From positions 22,953,237 to 23,017,236 of the forward strand of contig NC_092672.1 of assembly GCF_964355755.1 (NCBI RefSeq): a DNA stretch of 64,000 nucleotides. Direction: 5' to 3'. Position 1 is the stretch's first letter; each line of letters opens with the position of its first letter. Positions 1-11,632 of the stretch are shown here, piece by piece. The position numbers and the translations under genes were made by a program. The stretch comes from Antedon mediterranea. Its lineage: Eukaryota > Animalia > Echinodermata. A model generated the notes under the pieces. It ran no database searches. It saw only the letters and a list, made by a program, of their open reading frames with translations, and was not told where the DNA came from.

Positions 1-350
1 ACCTAGCGGAAATCCCATCAATTCCAGTAGCTTTTCCAATTTCTAACTTTTCCAACAAAGCTTCAATTTCATTTCCATTAATATCTTTAAAGTTGAAACG
101 TTGTTGAAATTGTGATAACGATTCAACGGTAATATCGTTTTGGTTGTCATTAAAATGGGATGCAAGTTCATTAGAAATTGAACAAAAATATTTATTAAAA
201 TGATTAGCAATATCAGTTGGATTGTTTATTTCATTACCGTTTACATTGAGAGTTGTTTTAGTTTGTTTCTTTTTATTGGGTAAAAAGTCTTTCATGGTTT
301 TCCATAATGTTTTAGTGTCATTAACATTATCCTTTAATTTATTATTATTT
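1..350 (-). mobile_element. LINE (CR1/L2/Crack-like) ORF2 fragment, linker just upstream of RT; runs off the window edge
   Basis: Minus frame reads NNKLKDNVNDTKTLWKTMKDFLP...DIANHFNKYFCSI...KATGIDGISAR, the typical pre-RT motifs (WK, IANxFNxYF, KAxGxDGI). Confidence 0.85.
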
Positions 351-865
351 TTACTCAATGTGGGCTTATTTTACATAGGAAGGCCTATTTGCCCATACAG
401 TAGGTGAGACAGGAATTGATATAAGGCCAGGGCGTGTCCACACTCCGGTGGGCCATGCGCCAGATACCTTCTATCGGGTTCCTGTTCTTCTGTAGCCCTT
501 TCCACATCAGTTTCACTAGTCGCAATAGTAGCTGCTTACAGCGGGTACCGTACCGACGAGAAGGTTGTGAAATAGGACTTGTAAAAAGAAAGGATATAAA
601 TTCCCAATGAACTGTAATATATCCGCCATATACCAGTACAGGAGAGTAACAGGATAAAAAATGGTTGTAGTAGAATGAATGAAATGATGAGAAAAATGAA
701 AGAGACTGATGAGAACCACAGGCTAGGCCTCGTAACGCATCATTAGACTTCACCCACCTTCATCCAACAAAAAACATAACTGAACTTGAAAATTGTCAAC
801 TTTCTTAACAAAAAATATGACGAAACAGTTTTTAAAGTCTACGATTTCTTAACCTTTTTTTTTAC

Positions 866-972
866 TGTTACGTTGGTGGTTAATGGAGTTTGTTACGCAC
901 GTTGGTTGTTGATTTTTGTTACGTTAGTGGTTAATGTTACATTGGTAGTAGATTGTTACATTAGTTGGTGTT
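866..972. repeat. Short degenerate tandem repeat (gttacgttggtggtt-like unit)
   Basis: About 6 imperfect copies of GTTAC(G/A)TT(G/A)GT(G/T)GT visible. Confidence 0.6.
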
Positions 973-1540
973 TGTACACATGCGTCCGCACGAACCGCAT
1001 TAGTAGGCCTATAGTTTTACCCTCACCAAGTTCTTTTCTGTTTTGTGACAATGATGAGAATGTAAATGATTACATATTATGTCGTCATAGGTTATAATAT
1101 ATATACATTGTTCATTTATTCTTTCTGATTAAAATATCCATATAAAGATACATACAGTACAGAAAACAAACAAAAAACATCCATTCTGAAAGTATCATAA
1201 TACTACTGCAGCAGTACTAGGCCTGGCCCACACTCCGAATGAAGGATAGATTAATTTAGTTTACCTATGGTATAGTTAGAAATCATTACCATTAATTCGT
1301 TTCATAAAGATATATGCATGATTTTCTTTGTATACTTAGGAGCTTTCGATTAGACATATACCTTCTGGATAATAATATGGATCCCGAGTTTTCTAATTCT
1401 AGAATCTAGAAAAACACAGATGTTGGCCTATGAGTTTTCTAGATGAATATAGAAACTCATATATATCCGAGATCTAAGATATATATCCGAGATCTGAGTT
1501 TATATATAGACACCCTTCTTAGGTTATAAATAAAGATTAA

Positions 1541-1814
1541 CCCTTTGAAGACGCGAGGTTTTTACCCCAAGTCACTGAGGCTAAAATAAGGTATTTTTAA
1601 TAGGTTTAGGAAAAATGCAAAATACATTTTTAACTGTAATTTTCTGCAACTACTTTCTGCCTTCCGAAAAATGTCATTTTTTACCTAGGTCAATGTCAAA
1701 TGCTCAAAAGGTGCAATTTCAGTGACCCCCAAAAGTCAACCCGTACATATACGGGCCTCGCGTCCTGGGAGAGTAAATTACCCCGTATGGGAAACGGATC
1801 ACGTCTTCAAAGGG
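1541..1814. mobile_element. piggyBac-like MITE
   Basis: TIR CCCTTTGAAGACG ... CGTCTTCAAAGGG, flanked by TTAA (left) and TTAC (right, a mutated TSD). Confidence 0.8.
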
Positions 1815-2021
1815 TTACATAAGGATATAACCTCTAGTCAATGGAAAAAATAACATTAACGATTTAGTTCTTTGGAAGGAGACGCCTGTTTAGTTCATGT
1901 TTCATCATGAAATTAGAATTCAGCCTGTGGCTAACGAGACAGAATATAGGCCTAATTCAAATAATTATTTTATATACAAATAAAGTAAAGTCAGTACCGT
2001 ACACTAAAACATTTTATAATT

Positions 2022-2672
2022 CTAGAATATTAAATGGCCATCTTCAAAAAGTTCTACATTTGTCTGTGGCATACCATTCAGAAAATTATCAATTTCGTCT
2101 TCTCCAATGAAGTCCCCTATGTCTTCCTCTCTGCTGTAATAATCGCATGTAGAGACTGGAATAAACTCCGTGAAACCAGCGTGTGCGTCACTGTCTACTT
2201 TTACACGTAGAACCTCATCTAATTTCCAGTAAGGATCTGTAACGTTTTCTTCTCCACATTTTCCTGACTTCGGTGGTTTATCTAAGGAAACTGACGTCAT
2301 TGGCGTGTAAGGATTCGAGTCCTGCACATTTCTTGTGCTTTCCACGAGTAATGGAGACAATTGCAGTGCATCATCCTCACCTGTTTGTTGCAGGCGAAAG
2401 TATGCCGTGCTTCCCTCTTTAACTTCCATTTTGTCAGTGGTAACTGGTGATGAGTTTATAAAACCACTTTTCGTAACTGGTGAAACTTGGTCAATAGACG
2501 GTACAACCATGTAAATATTTTTCTCTTCTATCTGGGAATCAGGAATAAACTCATGAAATCCTTGATCAGAACTCGTTGAACTGCGGTACGATGTAGGTAA
2601 GTCCGACTTCTTCGTCTTCAAGTCATCAAAAACTTCCTTTTCTACTGATCGCGGACGAACGGGGCTAATTTC
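2022..2672 (-). CDS. Cytokine receptor last coding exon: cytoplasmic tail
   Basis: EISPVRPRSVEKEVFDDL continues into ORF 2022-2621; Ser/Thr/acidic-rich with YMVV, YFRL, YTPM and YWKL motifs. Confidence 0.88.
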   Translation of the reverse strand, partial: EISPVRPRSVEKEVFDDLKTKKSDLPTSYRSSTSSDQGFHEFIPDSQIEEKNIYMVVPSIDQVSPVTKSGFINSSPVTTDKMEVKEGSTAYFRLQQTGEDDALQLSPLLVESTRNVQDSNPYTPMTSVSLDKPPKSGKCGEENVTDPYWKLDEVLRVKVDSDAHAGFTEFIPVSTCDYYSREEDIGDFIGEDEIDNFLNGMPQTNVELFEDGHLIF

Positions 2673-5600
2673 CTAAGTAAAAGACATTCCTTTATTAAAC
2701 ATGTTATTTAACGTCTGTTATGACAAATACAGTGAATGCGTGGTTCTAAACAACATTTCATTACCACGCAAAGTGGATTGAATTTCGTGAAATACACATC
2801 TACGTCATTTAACTAACGGATCCTTAATATCATTTTTTAATGAATGATCTACATGGGTTATCCTTATTAAAGAAGACAAATAAATAATAAATTATCTAGG
2901 CTGCCTAGCTCTTAAAAATGTATTGTCCCCCAAAAACCTGAAAAATGAAGATTAATTAAATCAGACTTTGGATAGGTTATTTTGTAGTTTTACTAAATTT
3001 AATCACTTCCATAGAAAAAAAACATGTGTTTACTTACAAAATGACAAACATAAATTGTTAAATTAAACCAAAAACCATTGGCTGGCAGCCAATTTGACTA
3101 TTTGTTGCTTTAAATTACTGATTTTTCAGGTAAATACATTTTTTTTCGGTCCAATTTTTTGTCAAAGAAGATAACTATTATGTGACATTAAAATGGCATA
3201 TTCAACAAAAAAATTTAAAAAAATATGTTTTCAGTGGGACAATACATCTTTAACTTGAAAGCAATAAAGACATGATAATTACCACTTTGAAGAATTTTGG
3301 TTCAGGCCATTCAATGAAAATTCGCTTACGTATATACACATTAAAAGCTCCAAAAAACAGCATAACAAATAAGATAATAATTCCCACCACAAGAAACGGA
3401 ATGATAAATTCATCTGAAAGTACAACATATCATGAATTGTTGCAAATTTTCTGAAAACATGAACATTGTAAAAGAAAAACAAGAGAAAAAATCTTTTTTT
3501 TTTCTATATGGATTATGAACAATATACGATCACATCTAAACAAATAGAGGCAACTTCCTTAATTTGATGACACAAATGCACCCAAAATATTATTCAAGCA
3601 GGTAGTAAAATTACGCTATTTTCAGATTAACGCATGGCTATTGGTAAATTTGCCATAAGAAGATATTATATGCAATAGTGAGGCTATTTCTAAGCATTCA
3701 GTAGTAGAGAAACAACAATAAGTAGGCCTAACATTGTCGCAACTAAACTCGACATGTGTGCTATTCTAAAGTGTAATATTTATTAATAGGCTTATTCACA
3801 TACCAGGCTCATATTGCACTGCAACTGTATTCAAAGTTACAGGTTGTCTCTCGGTCACCAAACCTAAAAAAATTAAATTTTGGTAAATATGAGGCTATAA
3901 TGTCTATCTCTAGTTATACATTATGTCATAAAGTAAAATAGATTATGCAAATTTGCCAACATTAAAGTAAAATAAGTGTTGAGCAATTTTCAGAATATTA
4001 CCGTAGCTTTTGAGAAGAAGACAAATGATTTCCTTACTGTACTCAATGATACAGAAAGTTGGTGCATACTTTTGGTTCTGATTTAACCATATAATGAAAC
4101 CATTGTTTACTATTAGTTGTTTAAGTATTAATTTACGATGAAAACAAAGTTTACCCCGAATATGGGTGTTTTCCAAATACATGCACAAGCGAACCCTCTA
4201 GGTTTAATAAAGAGACATAGGCCAACACACCTTGTTTCAAGCATTTGAACTCATATAATATCCTGGTTGGAGGACCTTCGACTTCGACTTCAAACGTGTC
4301 TGCCTGAACACTCCTTAGCTCTAGATTATAGACAATGGTGTTCTCTGTGATGTTGTTGCACGGCACATTTATGTCAATGTTATTCAATGTTAATTCTTCC
4401 TCAACACTTTCATTCAGTGATTGTCCAGTATAGGTTCCCGTAATGCGGTATAAGTACTGAGTTTCATCATTTGGTGTTTCCCATTGGAGTGACAAGACGT
4501 TTTCGTTTTCTGATGATGTGGCGTTCACGTCTATGATCATAGAAACTACAAAAACAAATTTTCCATTATTTTTAGACAATAAAAAAGAAAATATTCTAGT
4601 CACGTACGGTATATATTGGTCGAGAAGGTAAACTGTTCTTTTTATATACATTATGAGGATTTTGATATTTAATTTCATTTGGTCATTATTAATGCAGATC
4701 TGATTGGTGAGCACATAAAGACAACTCTATTTTGCAGCTGTCACCAGATACTATCTAGCCAACTATTGTAAGTCAGTTAGATACAACTCGAGGTGGATTA
4801 AATACACTATAGTGACAGCTGTAAAATTGGATGTAATGACCCTAATCATTACAAATGGTTATTTGAACATTGAATGCAATTTACAATCTTGTAGAAACGA
4901 TCTAGGTACTAGGTATACGTATTCCAAATGACTTTAAAACTCACTGGGTAGTGTGACAATTGGACTCCAATCACTGAACTGGTGATGTAGGCCTAATGAA
5001 AACCTTGATCGCACTTGAAATTCATATTCAGCTACCGCTGTCGTAATCTCCTCAATAATGATCTGCTTTTTATGCTGTTTTTCAATCTAATAAAAACAAT
5101 TCGCTTTTAGTCACCTTGTCAATCATTGGGAGCTACATGACCATATTTTCTTTTGAAGCATTTTGTTACGTTTAAGAATCGTTCAATTTTCTAACGAAAC
5201 TGTATGATCACGAGCGTCAAATGTTTCAGATGTGTTGTAGAAGATGACTGAATTATTATTGTCATGTCATCACAGTAGCTTACCACAAAATCAGTGCAAG
5301 TATTTTCACTTGCACTGCTGATGGAAGGCAAGTACTACCCGAAAATTTGATTTAGATCTTTGCTTATTATATTTTTCATCTCCATTTGAGATCTAGCCAC
5401 TGATACCTACAGTCTTGTCATTTTTTAGTAATTTGCCTTTAGGTTAATAAATAAATTAAAATAAATAAATCCTGCATAACGGAATAACAATCTTTTAAAA
5501 AGCGTGCTTTATTATTTTGAAGATTTGTTTAATGAAGCCAAACAACGTAATCTTTTTGAAGAAAGTGAGTCGAAAATATTCTACAAATATGTTGTTTAAC

Positions 5601-8481
5601 GATTTGAAATATATATTATACACAAACGAAATAAATATATATTATTTTATTGCCGATTTTACTACATTCAAATTTAATGAGTTGGTACATTCGTGATATA
5701 CGATAGTTATTCCACAATTTGTTGTCTCCTGATGATAAAAATATGACAAAACAAATAGTGAAAATGATTGTAACTTCATACCTCTTCTGTCCATGTTTCA
5801 TTTAAACGTCGGTAACGAAGTTGAAACCATAGCGAGTTACAATAATAGCAATCTTCTTGTAATTTCCAGAATACTATGACGTTTGATTCCCCCACTGAAA
5901 CTCTATCAATTAATGGTGATAACGGTACGGCTGAAAATACAACAAAATGAAACCATTAGATCGTGCATACAGCCATGAGAGTTACTTCAGTGAATCTTTA
6001 ATTTAGATAAGTAACGTCTGCCGTACATCAAAAGACATAACAACAGAATCATTAAGACATTCTAAGGTTACTGAACATTAGTTCATTTAGGAGACACAAA
6101 AGCAAACCTAACTTTACTAGTGTTTATTCGTCATGCCAATCTTCAAACAATTTAGATATTATTTAAGATTAAAAATTATGATTTTCGTTATGTTATACTT
6201 CAAAAGCTCATTGAACGAAACCCGTATCCCCGCCTGATAAATCACATAAGTCACGTAAAAGGGATTAGATATTATTTTGATCTTCTGTGGTGCTTGTATA
6301 TTTTATGAAATAATTAGATGGTAATGATCTATATTTTCCAAACCTGTGCTAAATATTGGCCTACAGACCTTCATTCTTAGAATCAAATGTGGATGTTGTA
6401 TTGGCAGTACCAAACATATTTTCAACAACTACTCGTACTAGATGTGCTCTCATTGGATTACCATCATTTTCTGAAACTTTGCACGTGCTGTCGTTTAGCT
6501 TATTAGAACAGTTGATCCACACATTAGAACTGTTTCTAAGGGGATTAAAACAATTCATAATTCAATATTAATTGTTAGTAATCAAAATTCTATAAACAGT
6601 AATCAGTAATCTGTAATCAATAATCCGTAAATCAATAATCTGTAATCGGTAATCTGTAAACAGTAATCAATAATCTGTAATCGGTAATCTGTAATCATTA
6701 ATCAGTAATAAATAATTGGTATTCATTAATTGGTAATCAGTAATTTGTAATCCGTAATTTCTAATCAATAATCTGTAACCAATAATCTGTAATCAGTAAT
6801 ACTCAATATTTAATCAATAATCTGTAATCATTTAACATAATAGTATTATTTTGTTACTTTGTCTTTTTTCATAATATTTGATTATGCACCTGCAGCTGTT
6901 GAATTTAAATAAAAGAGCGATGAACAGACAGACAAATGGTTGGTGTCACATTACGAGACACCGTGACAAGAGAAGAGTAAGAATGGCAGCCAAGAACCGG
7001 CAACATATTGAAGGGAAGACAAAAACGCAGATGGAGGGACGACATTATTTCTAATACAGTAAAAAAACTTTTGCTAGGCCAGCACAGAACAGAAACGAAT
7101 GGCAAAGGCTTGAGGAGGGCTACATCCGGCAGTGTTTTGATGGAGCCGAGGTAAGATCATGCATTCTGTATTAGTAATGAAACATTTCTTTAGGTATGAT
7201 AAGACATTTATTATTTCTGAGAAAAGCAATGATTCTAATTATTTGTGTTATTTATTAATAATACAAATCACTTACTGAAATTGAAATGTATAGACACTTA
7301 TAACTCCGGTGAATTCCGTTCCCCATGTACATAAATAATCAACAATATTTGTCGATCTGCAGTTTAATGTAGGAGACGATGGCACGACTAAAAGACACAA
7401 TATATAATTAGGTATATAACTATCTGTTGTGTGGATTCTTTTTACATGTAAGGAGTGGTTTTCTATAATAATAAATCTCATCTCAGTCTCCAGCCACATA
7501 CAATAAAAGACGAAAACAAATGTTTTAAACATATCATGTTTAATCTGGGACGGTGCGGCCATACACGCCAATTGCTACATGCACCGCCGCGACATATCTT
7601 TTTATTAACGGTAATTAAATAGATTATAGGACTTCATAACATTCAAGTTAAACCTCGGTCTCGTTTATGATTACCCGTAAGTTGGCTTCATGGATCAATT
7701 ATCGTTAACTTTGATGGGATCAAATCATGTTTTCAAAACTATGTATGCCATTGACTAACTTACTACCAACTGTTAATGACGATGTTGATTTATATGTCGT
7801 TACTCTTCCATTTTGTTTTTCTACAAGTATAAAGCAATCGATCCAATGTTCATAACCTGTCATGTTTAGGTTTGTTAAGGTAAGAATGGCTTCTGTATTT
7901 GAGATTACGGCAGTATTTTTTCCTGAATTAATAGGTACTTCGTCAACTTTCCATTCAATATCCGAGGCATTGTACGATGTTTTTGTTTGATCTAACGTAC
8001 ATGTGAAGTTCAGGGTGGAACCGGCCAACGAATATGGATCAACGGGCGTCAGTTTAAGTGCTGCAATAAAATAAAAAAATGTTTAGGTACGTACAGCATA
8101 TAAGTTGTGTCCGCACCCAACAATATTACTGTACAACAAAGAAAATAATGGTAATATTGTAAAGAACAACAGTGAAATAGTTATTTAAAAAATATTTATT
8201 AAAGAAAAAAATTGAAAAAAGAAAGTTGTTAATTGTTTAACATTATAAAGAAGATTTATTAACCTATCATGCAAATATTTCTATTTTGAAACATAGATGT
8301 ATTATAAGAAGTAAGTTCCATCGTTTCCTCAGAATATAATTCTTAAGTTAAATAGTTAAAATAAACAAAATGATGGTGTCTACTTACATGATGTAGCTTT
8401 GAAAGCGCAGACAGTGGTCAAAATAATCCAAATCTGGAACGTACACAATGGAATGTTTAATGTATAAGAGAGTTCTGCCAT
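2022..8481 (-). CDS. Class I (hematopoietin-type) cytokine receptor-like protein, 705 aa; coding exons 8481-8388, 8060-7764, 7387-7276, 6535-6369, 5930-5782, 5086-4945, 4545-4231, 3863-3804, 3413-3283, 2672-2022
   Basis: All ten exons have GT-AG sites with compatible phases (1,1,2,1,0,1,1,1,0); total 2118 nt, open to TAG. Domains: signal peptide, Ig-like, CHR (Cx9CxW, second Cys pair, YEFQVR...FSDWS), FN3, TM, Box1-like IFIEWPEP, acidic/hydrophobic Box2-like EKEVFDDL. Confidence 0.9.
2916..3249. mobile_element. Kolobok-like MITE in the last intron
   Basis: TIR A(A/G)ATGTATTGTCCC ... GGGACAATACATCT with TTAA on both sides; homologous copies at 26212 and 60545. Confidence 0.8.
3283..3413 (-). 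CDS. Cytokine receptor exon: transmembrane helix and Box1
   Basis: FIIPFLVVGIIILFVMLFFGAFNVYI-RKR-IFIEWPEPKFF; phase 1-0. Confidence 0.9.
3804..3863 (-). CDS. Cytokine receptor exon: 20-aa stalk
   Basis: 60-nt symmetric phase 1-1 exon with a strong tttttttag acceptor and GTATGT donor (GLVTERQPVTLNTVAVQYEP). Confidence 0.7.
4231..4545 (-). CDS. Cytokine receptor exon: membrane-proximal FN3-like domain
   Basis: LSLQWETP...YLYRITG...VYNLELRSV...EGPP; phase 1-1; inside ORF 4151-4714. Confidence 0.85.
4945..5086 (-). CDS. Cytokine receptor exon: CHR second FN3, C-half with WSXWS-like motif
   Basis: AEYEFQVRSRFSLGLHHQFSDWSPIV; phase 0-1. Confidence 0.9.
5782..5930 (-). CDS. Cytokine receptor exon: CHR second FN3, N-half
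   Basis: VPLSP...VIVFWKL...LWFQLRYRRLNETW; phase 1-0; not shown in the supplied ORF track. Confidence 0.88.
6369..6535 (-). CDS. Cytokine receptor exon: CHR first FN3, C-half
   Basis: WINCSNKLNDSTC (second Cys pair)...VRVVVENMFG; phase 2-1. Confidence 0.88.
6585..6832. repeat. Degenerate 7-bp tandem repeat (aatcagt/aatctgt/aatcaat)
   Basis: Visible periodic AATC(A/T/G)GT units. Confidence 0.8.
6912..7135 (+). mobile_element. RTE-clade LINE 3' fragment
   Basis: EWQPRTGNILKGRQKRRWRDDI...AQNRNEWQRLEEGYIRQ matches the RTE ORF C-terminal GRP.RW.DDI / AQDR..W motifs. Confidence 0.8.
7276..7387 (-). CDS. Cytokine receptor exon: CHR first FN3, N-half
   Basis: PSSPTLNCRSTNIVDYLCTW = Cx9CxW signature; phase 1-2. 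Confidence 0.9.
7764..8060 (-). CDS. Cytokine receptor exon: N-terminal Ig-like domain
   Basis: LTPVDPYSLAGSTLNFTC...DIEWK...LTLTNL...IDC...SLTVG; gp130 D1-like pattern; phase 1-1. Confidence 0.9.
8388..8481 (-). CDS. Cytokine receptor exon: start codon and signal peptide
   Basis: MAELSYTLNIPLCTFQIWIILTTVCAFKATS, then a phase-1 GTAAGT donor; an acceptor-like tract (...ttccaaag) lies 3 nt before the ATG. Confidence 0.8.
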
Positions 8482-8851
8482 CGTCTTTGGAACAATAAAA
8501 AGCTAATGATAATTATACATAGTATTAACGTGATTGGTCGAAATGAATTATCGGAATGATCGTTAAATGATAATCGTATGACGTCATCGAAGTACACAAA
8601 ATAAAATGAGAGGGTTAATTTAGTGTCAAAATCAAAACATTAACTCTAAGTGACCGGAAACATTCTTATTGAAAGGCAAATGTAACCTTTTTTATGTAAT
8701 ATAACGGATATTGCCTTATTTTAAAGATATTTTATAACATTTGAGATCCTCGTTTAGTAGTCAATATATTTTCTCACCAGACTATAATTTCCATAAGCGC
8801 TACGCAATTCGAGGAAATAAAATACGATTTCCTCGAAGGAGGATTTCATAT

Positions 8852-9787
8852 ATTTTCCGGAGCTGCAGCACTGGCACAAACACAATAAAATCATTCACAG
8901 AGACAGTTCTTGGTTTGGAAAAGTGCCCGTTTACACTTCAGAAGTTTCTTGAAATCCTGCGATTACTACCCGAAGGTTCAATCCCACCAAACACAAGGTG
9001 ACGTACCAACATAACACAAGCCATACACATGGCAAACAAATATGTTAAAAAAAACATGATCAAAAAGATACATTATACCGTAAAGGTAACGAAATTAAAT
9101 AAACTATTGAGATTAAAATTAAAATCAAGTAAAATTGTCTTCTCTCAGACATAATTATATTGAAAAAACAAGTTAAGTGTCAAGCAAAATCAATACAGTT
9201 TAAACAATCAAACATCTAAACAACCCACATGGGATGTTAGTGTAGGGGTTCCCAAGAGCCACTTAGAAATAAAGCCGTTACGGTCTGGCGGTTTAATTAC
9301 ACGTTTTGAACGTCGGGGACTTAAGGTTGGTTCTGAAGGTTTCTCCTGAGGAGTTATCATCATCAGTATGATCCATGGCAACTGCGACAGGACTGATATC
9401 ATGCTCAGTTGAAGGAGAAGTTTCTGACGGTTCCACAGATGCATGGACAGAAGCAGGGTTGATAGATGGTGTTTCTTGTTGTTCTATGGATATTGCATCA
9501 ACGGATTCTGGTACTGCAGTTTCAGGGACATAAGGTTGAATAAGATCCACATCTTTCCAAATAACTGGTTAAAACTTAAGAAAAGACTAATCAGCACTTA
9601 TCGTAGTCTTTCTTGAGAGTGATCCCTTCCTCCTGGCTGAACAGCAAATCCTGGTCACGGCACCAAATGTAACAGGTTCGTACTACTAGCGTCGTAGCTG
9701 TATCGCGTAGTATTTTCCGGAGCTGCAGCACTGGCACAACACAATAAAATCATTCACAGAGACAGTTCTTGGTTTGGAAAAGTTACA
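8852..9787 (-). mobile_element. Internally deleted Gypsy-type LTR retroelement remnant
   Basis: Direct repeat 8852-8923 / 9712-9783 (LTR pieces). The 5' LTR piece reads TGTAAC...GTTACA (9787-9668), followed by TT and PBS TGGTGCCGTGACCAGG (tRNA-His-like). Integrase tail RRSKRVIKPPDR at about 9280-9315. Confidence 0.8.
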
Positions 9788-10000
9788 TTCTTTTATTGAA
9801 GCTAGTAACCAGTCGGAAGGAGATATAACAAAAACAGTGTTACTATATTTAAAATAACATCAGTGATCGTATCATTAACGACAGTATGCCTATAGGCTAC
9901 TATTGCGTTGTGTCTAGTATAACATCAAATAACTAATCAACTATGTTAACTGTAGTAAAACCATTCTCAAATTAAGAGAGATAAAAATATAGATGCTTAC

Positions 10001-10104
10001 CTAGTAACCAGTCGGAAGGAGATGAAAACCTTCACTTTGGGCTAGGCACTAGTAAGTGTCATCCATTCCCAGTTGGGTACTATGACAATTTTTAACCGAT
10101 GGTA
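10001..10104 (-). pseudogene. Decayed CHR-start-like exon, possibly now a 5'UTR exon of the receptor
   Basis: AG acceptor and GTAAGC donor; phase 1-2 after one +1 frameshift; VPSVKNCHS(T/P)NWEWMT resembles the CxSxNxExxxC start of CHR; one internal TAG. Confidence 0.5.
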
Positions 10105-10577
10105 CTGTATATACATTTACCATAACGTTATTTCGTAGTTTACAGACCGATTGTATTGTAGGCCTAACTCGAGTCATACACATGTAATTATCAATTTAAA
10201 TTCGGTTACACAAGATAAGAAACTATTAAAAATGCAAATCAATTAACAAAATCCCTTGTCCATTTATGAACTGACCCATACTGAAACATTATACACTAAA
10301 TATTCTTGACCATTTTCCCGCCACTTGGATGAGGTGACTCATCTATTTATAGCATGGTCACTTATCATTCCAGCTTTTACTTTAATGGGTCCCACAGGGT
10401 TTCTCAGATTCAAGTCAGATTCAGCAGATAAATCATTCAAGTATTTGGGTATAAGCATACCTGTTACCCTGTTACATATATAAATAAAGAATAATCGTAC
10501 GCCTCTTTAAGTTTAATTAGGTGTTTTTAGTTTGAACTTTCTAAACAATACTATAACAATCTAATGCGAGTGATCGC

Positions 10578-10646
10578 TTGTGATTGGTCAAATCACCTTC
10601 GTTTCGCTTACGTACTTACGTTACGTCCAAGAGGAGAACCAAGCTT
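10578..10646. mobile_element. PIF/Harbinger-like MITE fragment (family also at 28274 and 29560)
   Basis: Shares cgcttgtgattggtcaa...cgttacgt...gaaccaagctt with the other copies. Confidence 0.6.
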
Positions 10647-11259
10647 TATTTTCACTGACGTATATTAAAATGTATATCCTGTTCATAATGCAATCATGGT
10701 AATATGCTAGATTACTTTAACCCAATGTAAACACACTTCTAATTAAGATGTAAATTATCGTAAAAGGCGACAGTACCATTAGGATAATATTGTGTCATTT
10801 CGTTATCCGTGTACGTGAAGACCGTAAGCTTATTATAAATATGAACAAATATATAGTATTTTAATACCTGCTGTATGAGTAGTACCGTATCCGTGCCCTG
10901 CGTCTTGTTATGATCTACCACAATCCACGATTTTTGTATTGTCATGGATCAGTTGTTGTTCGTGTGCGTTCTGCGTATTTGCATATAAGTGTCTTGCTGC
11001 TAGTTGTTTTTTGAGCATTGTGTTTGGCGCATTTGCATATAGGTGATGTTTTGTTTAACTACCTGGTTTTTCTGTCTGCGCGTCAGAAAAGCTTTTGTTG
11101 CAAACACAGGAAGATGTGATTTTCGTTACGGTGTTGTATATATTAGTATTAAGCCGTTGTTGAAGTTACTATTCTAAGTAGTAAAAAGAATTATATTACA
11201 CGATAGACGGATCATTGCCTGATAATTTATTATAGGAAATTGCATGCATACTAAATAAA

Positions 11260-11632
11260 GCTGGCTTGACTGTGTGATAATGGCCGTTTTGATTTTTTGG
11301 GTGTTACATTTGACTTAGAAATAAGCAAAATGACTAAAATAAATGTTGAAGAGAAAACGGGTAAAATTAGGTCTACTATCAATGTGTGGCGTAAGAGAAA
11401 TCTTACTGTGTTGTGAAGATTAACTGTGTTAAAATCTCTAATATTATCAAAACTTAATTACATTTTTACAATGTTGCCAAACCCTACTACAGCTTATCTA
11501 AGTGAACTTAATAGGATGTTTTTTTAATTTTATCTGGAAGGGAAAGGATAAAGTCAAAAGAAATAAGCTAATTAGAGAGTATAAGGATGGCGGAATTAAC
11601 ATGATTAATATCTTCAGTTACATAAAGGCAGA
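11260..11632 (+). mobile_element. L1/Tx1-clade LINE RT C-terminal fragment
   Basis: FLGVTF...W.KRNLTVL*RLTVLKSLILSKLNY...FIWKGKDKVKRNKL..EYKDGGINM, with a stop and a frameshift. Confidence 0.85.

Noticed and set aside
385-753. 122-aa minus ORF
   Set aside because: No recognisable motif or splice context; lies between repeat fragments.
3414-3450. Upstream alternative acceptor (3450) for the TM exon
   Set aside because: In phase 1 it hits TGA before the TM segment; the 3413 acceptor keeps the frame. A soluble isoform cannot be supported without RNA data.
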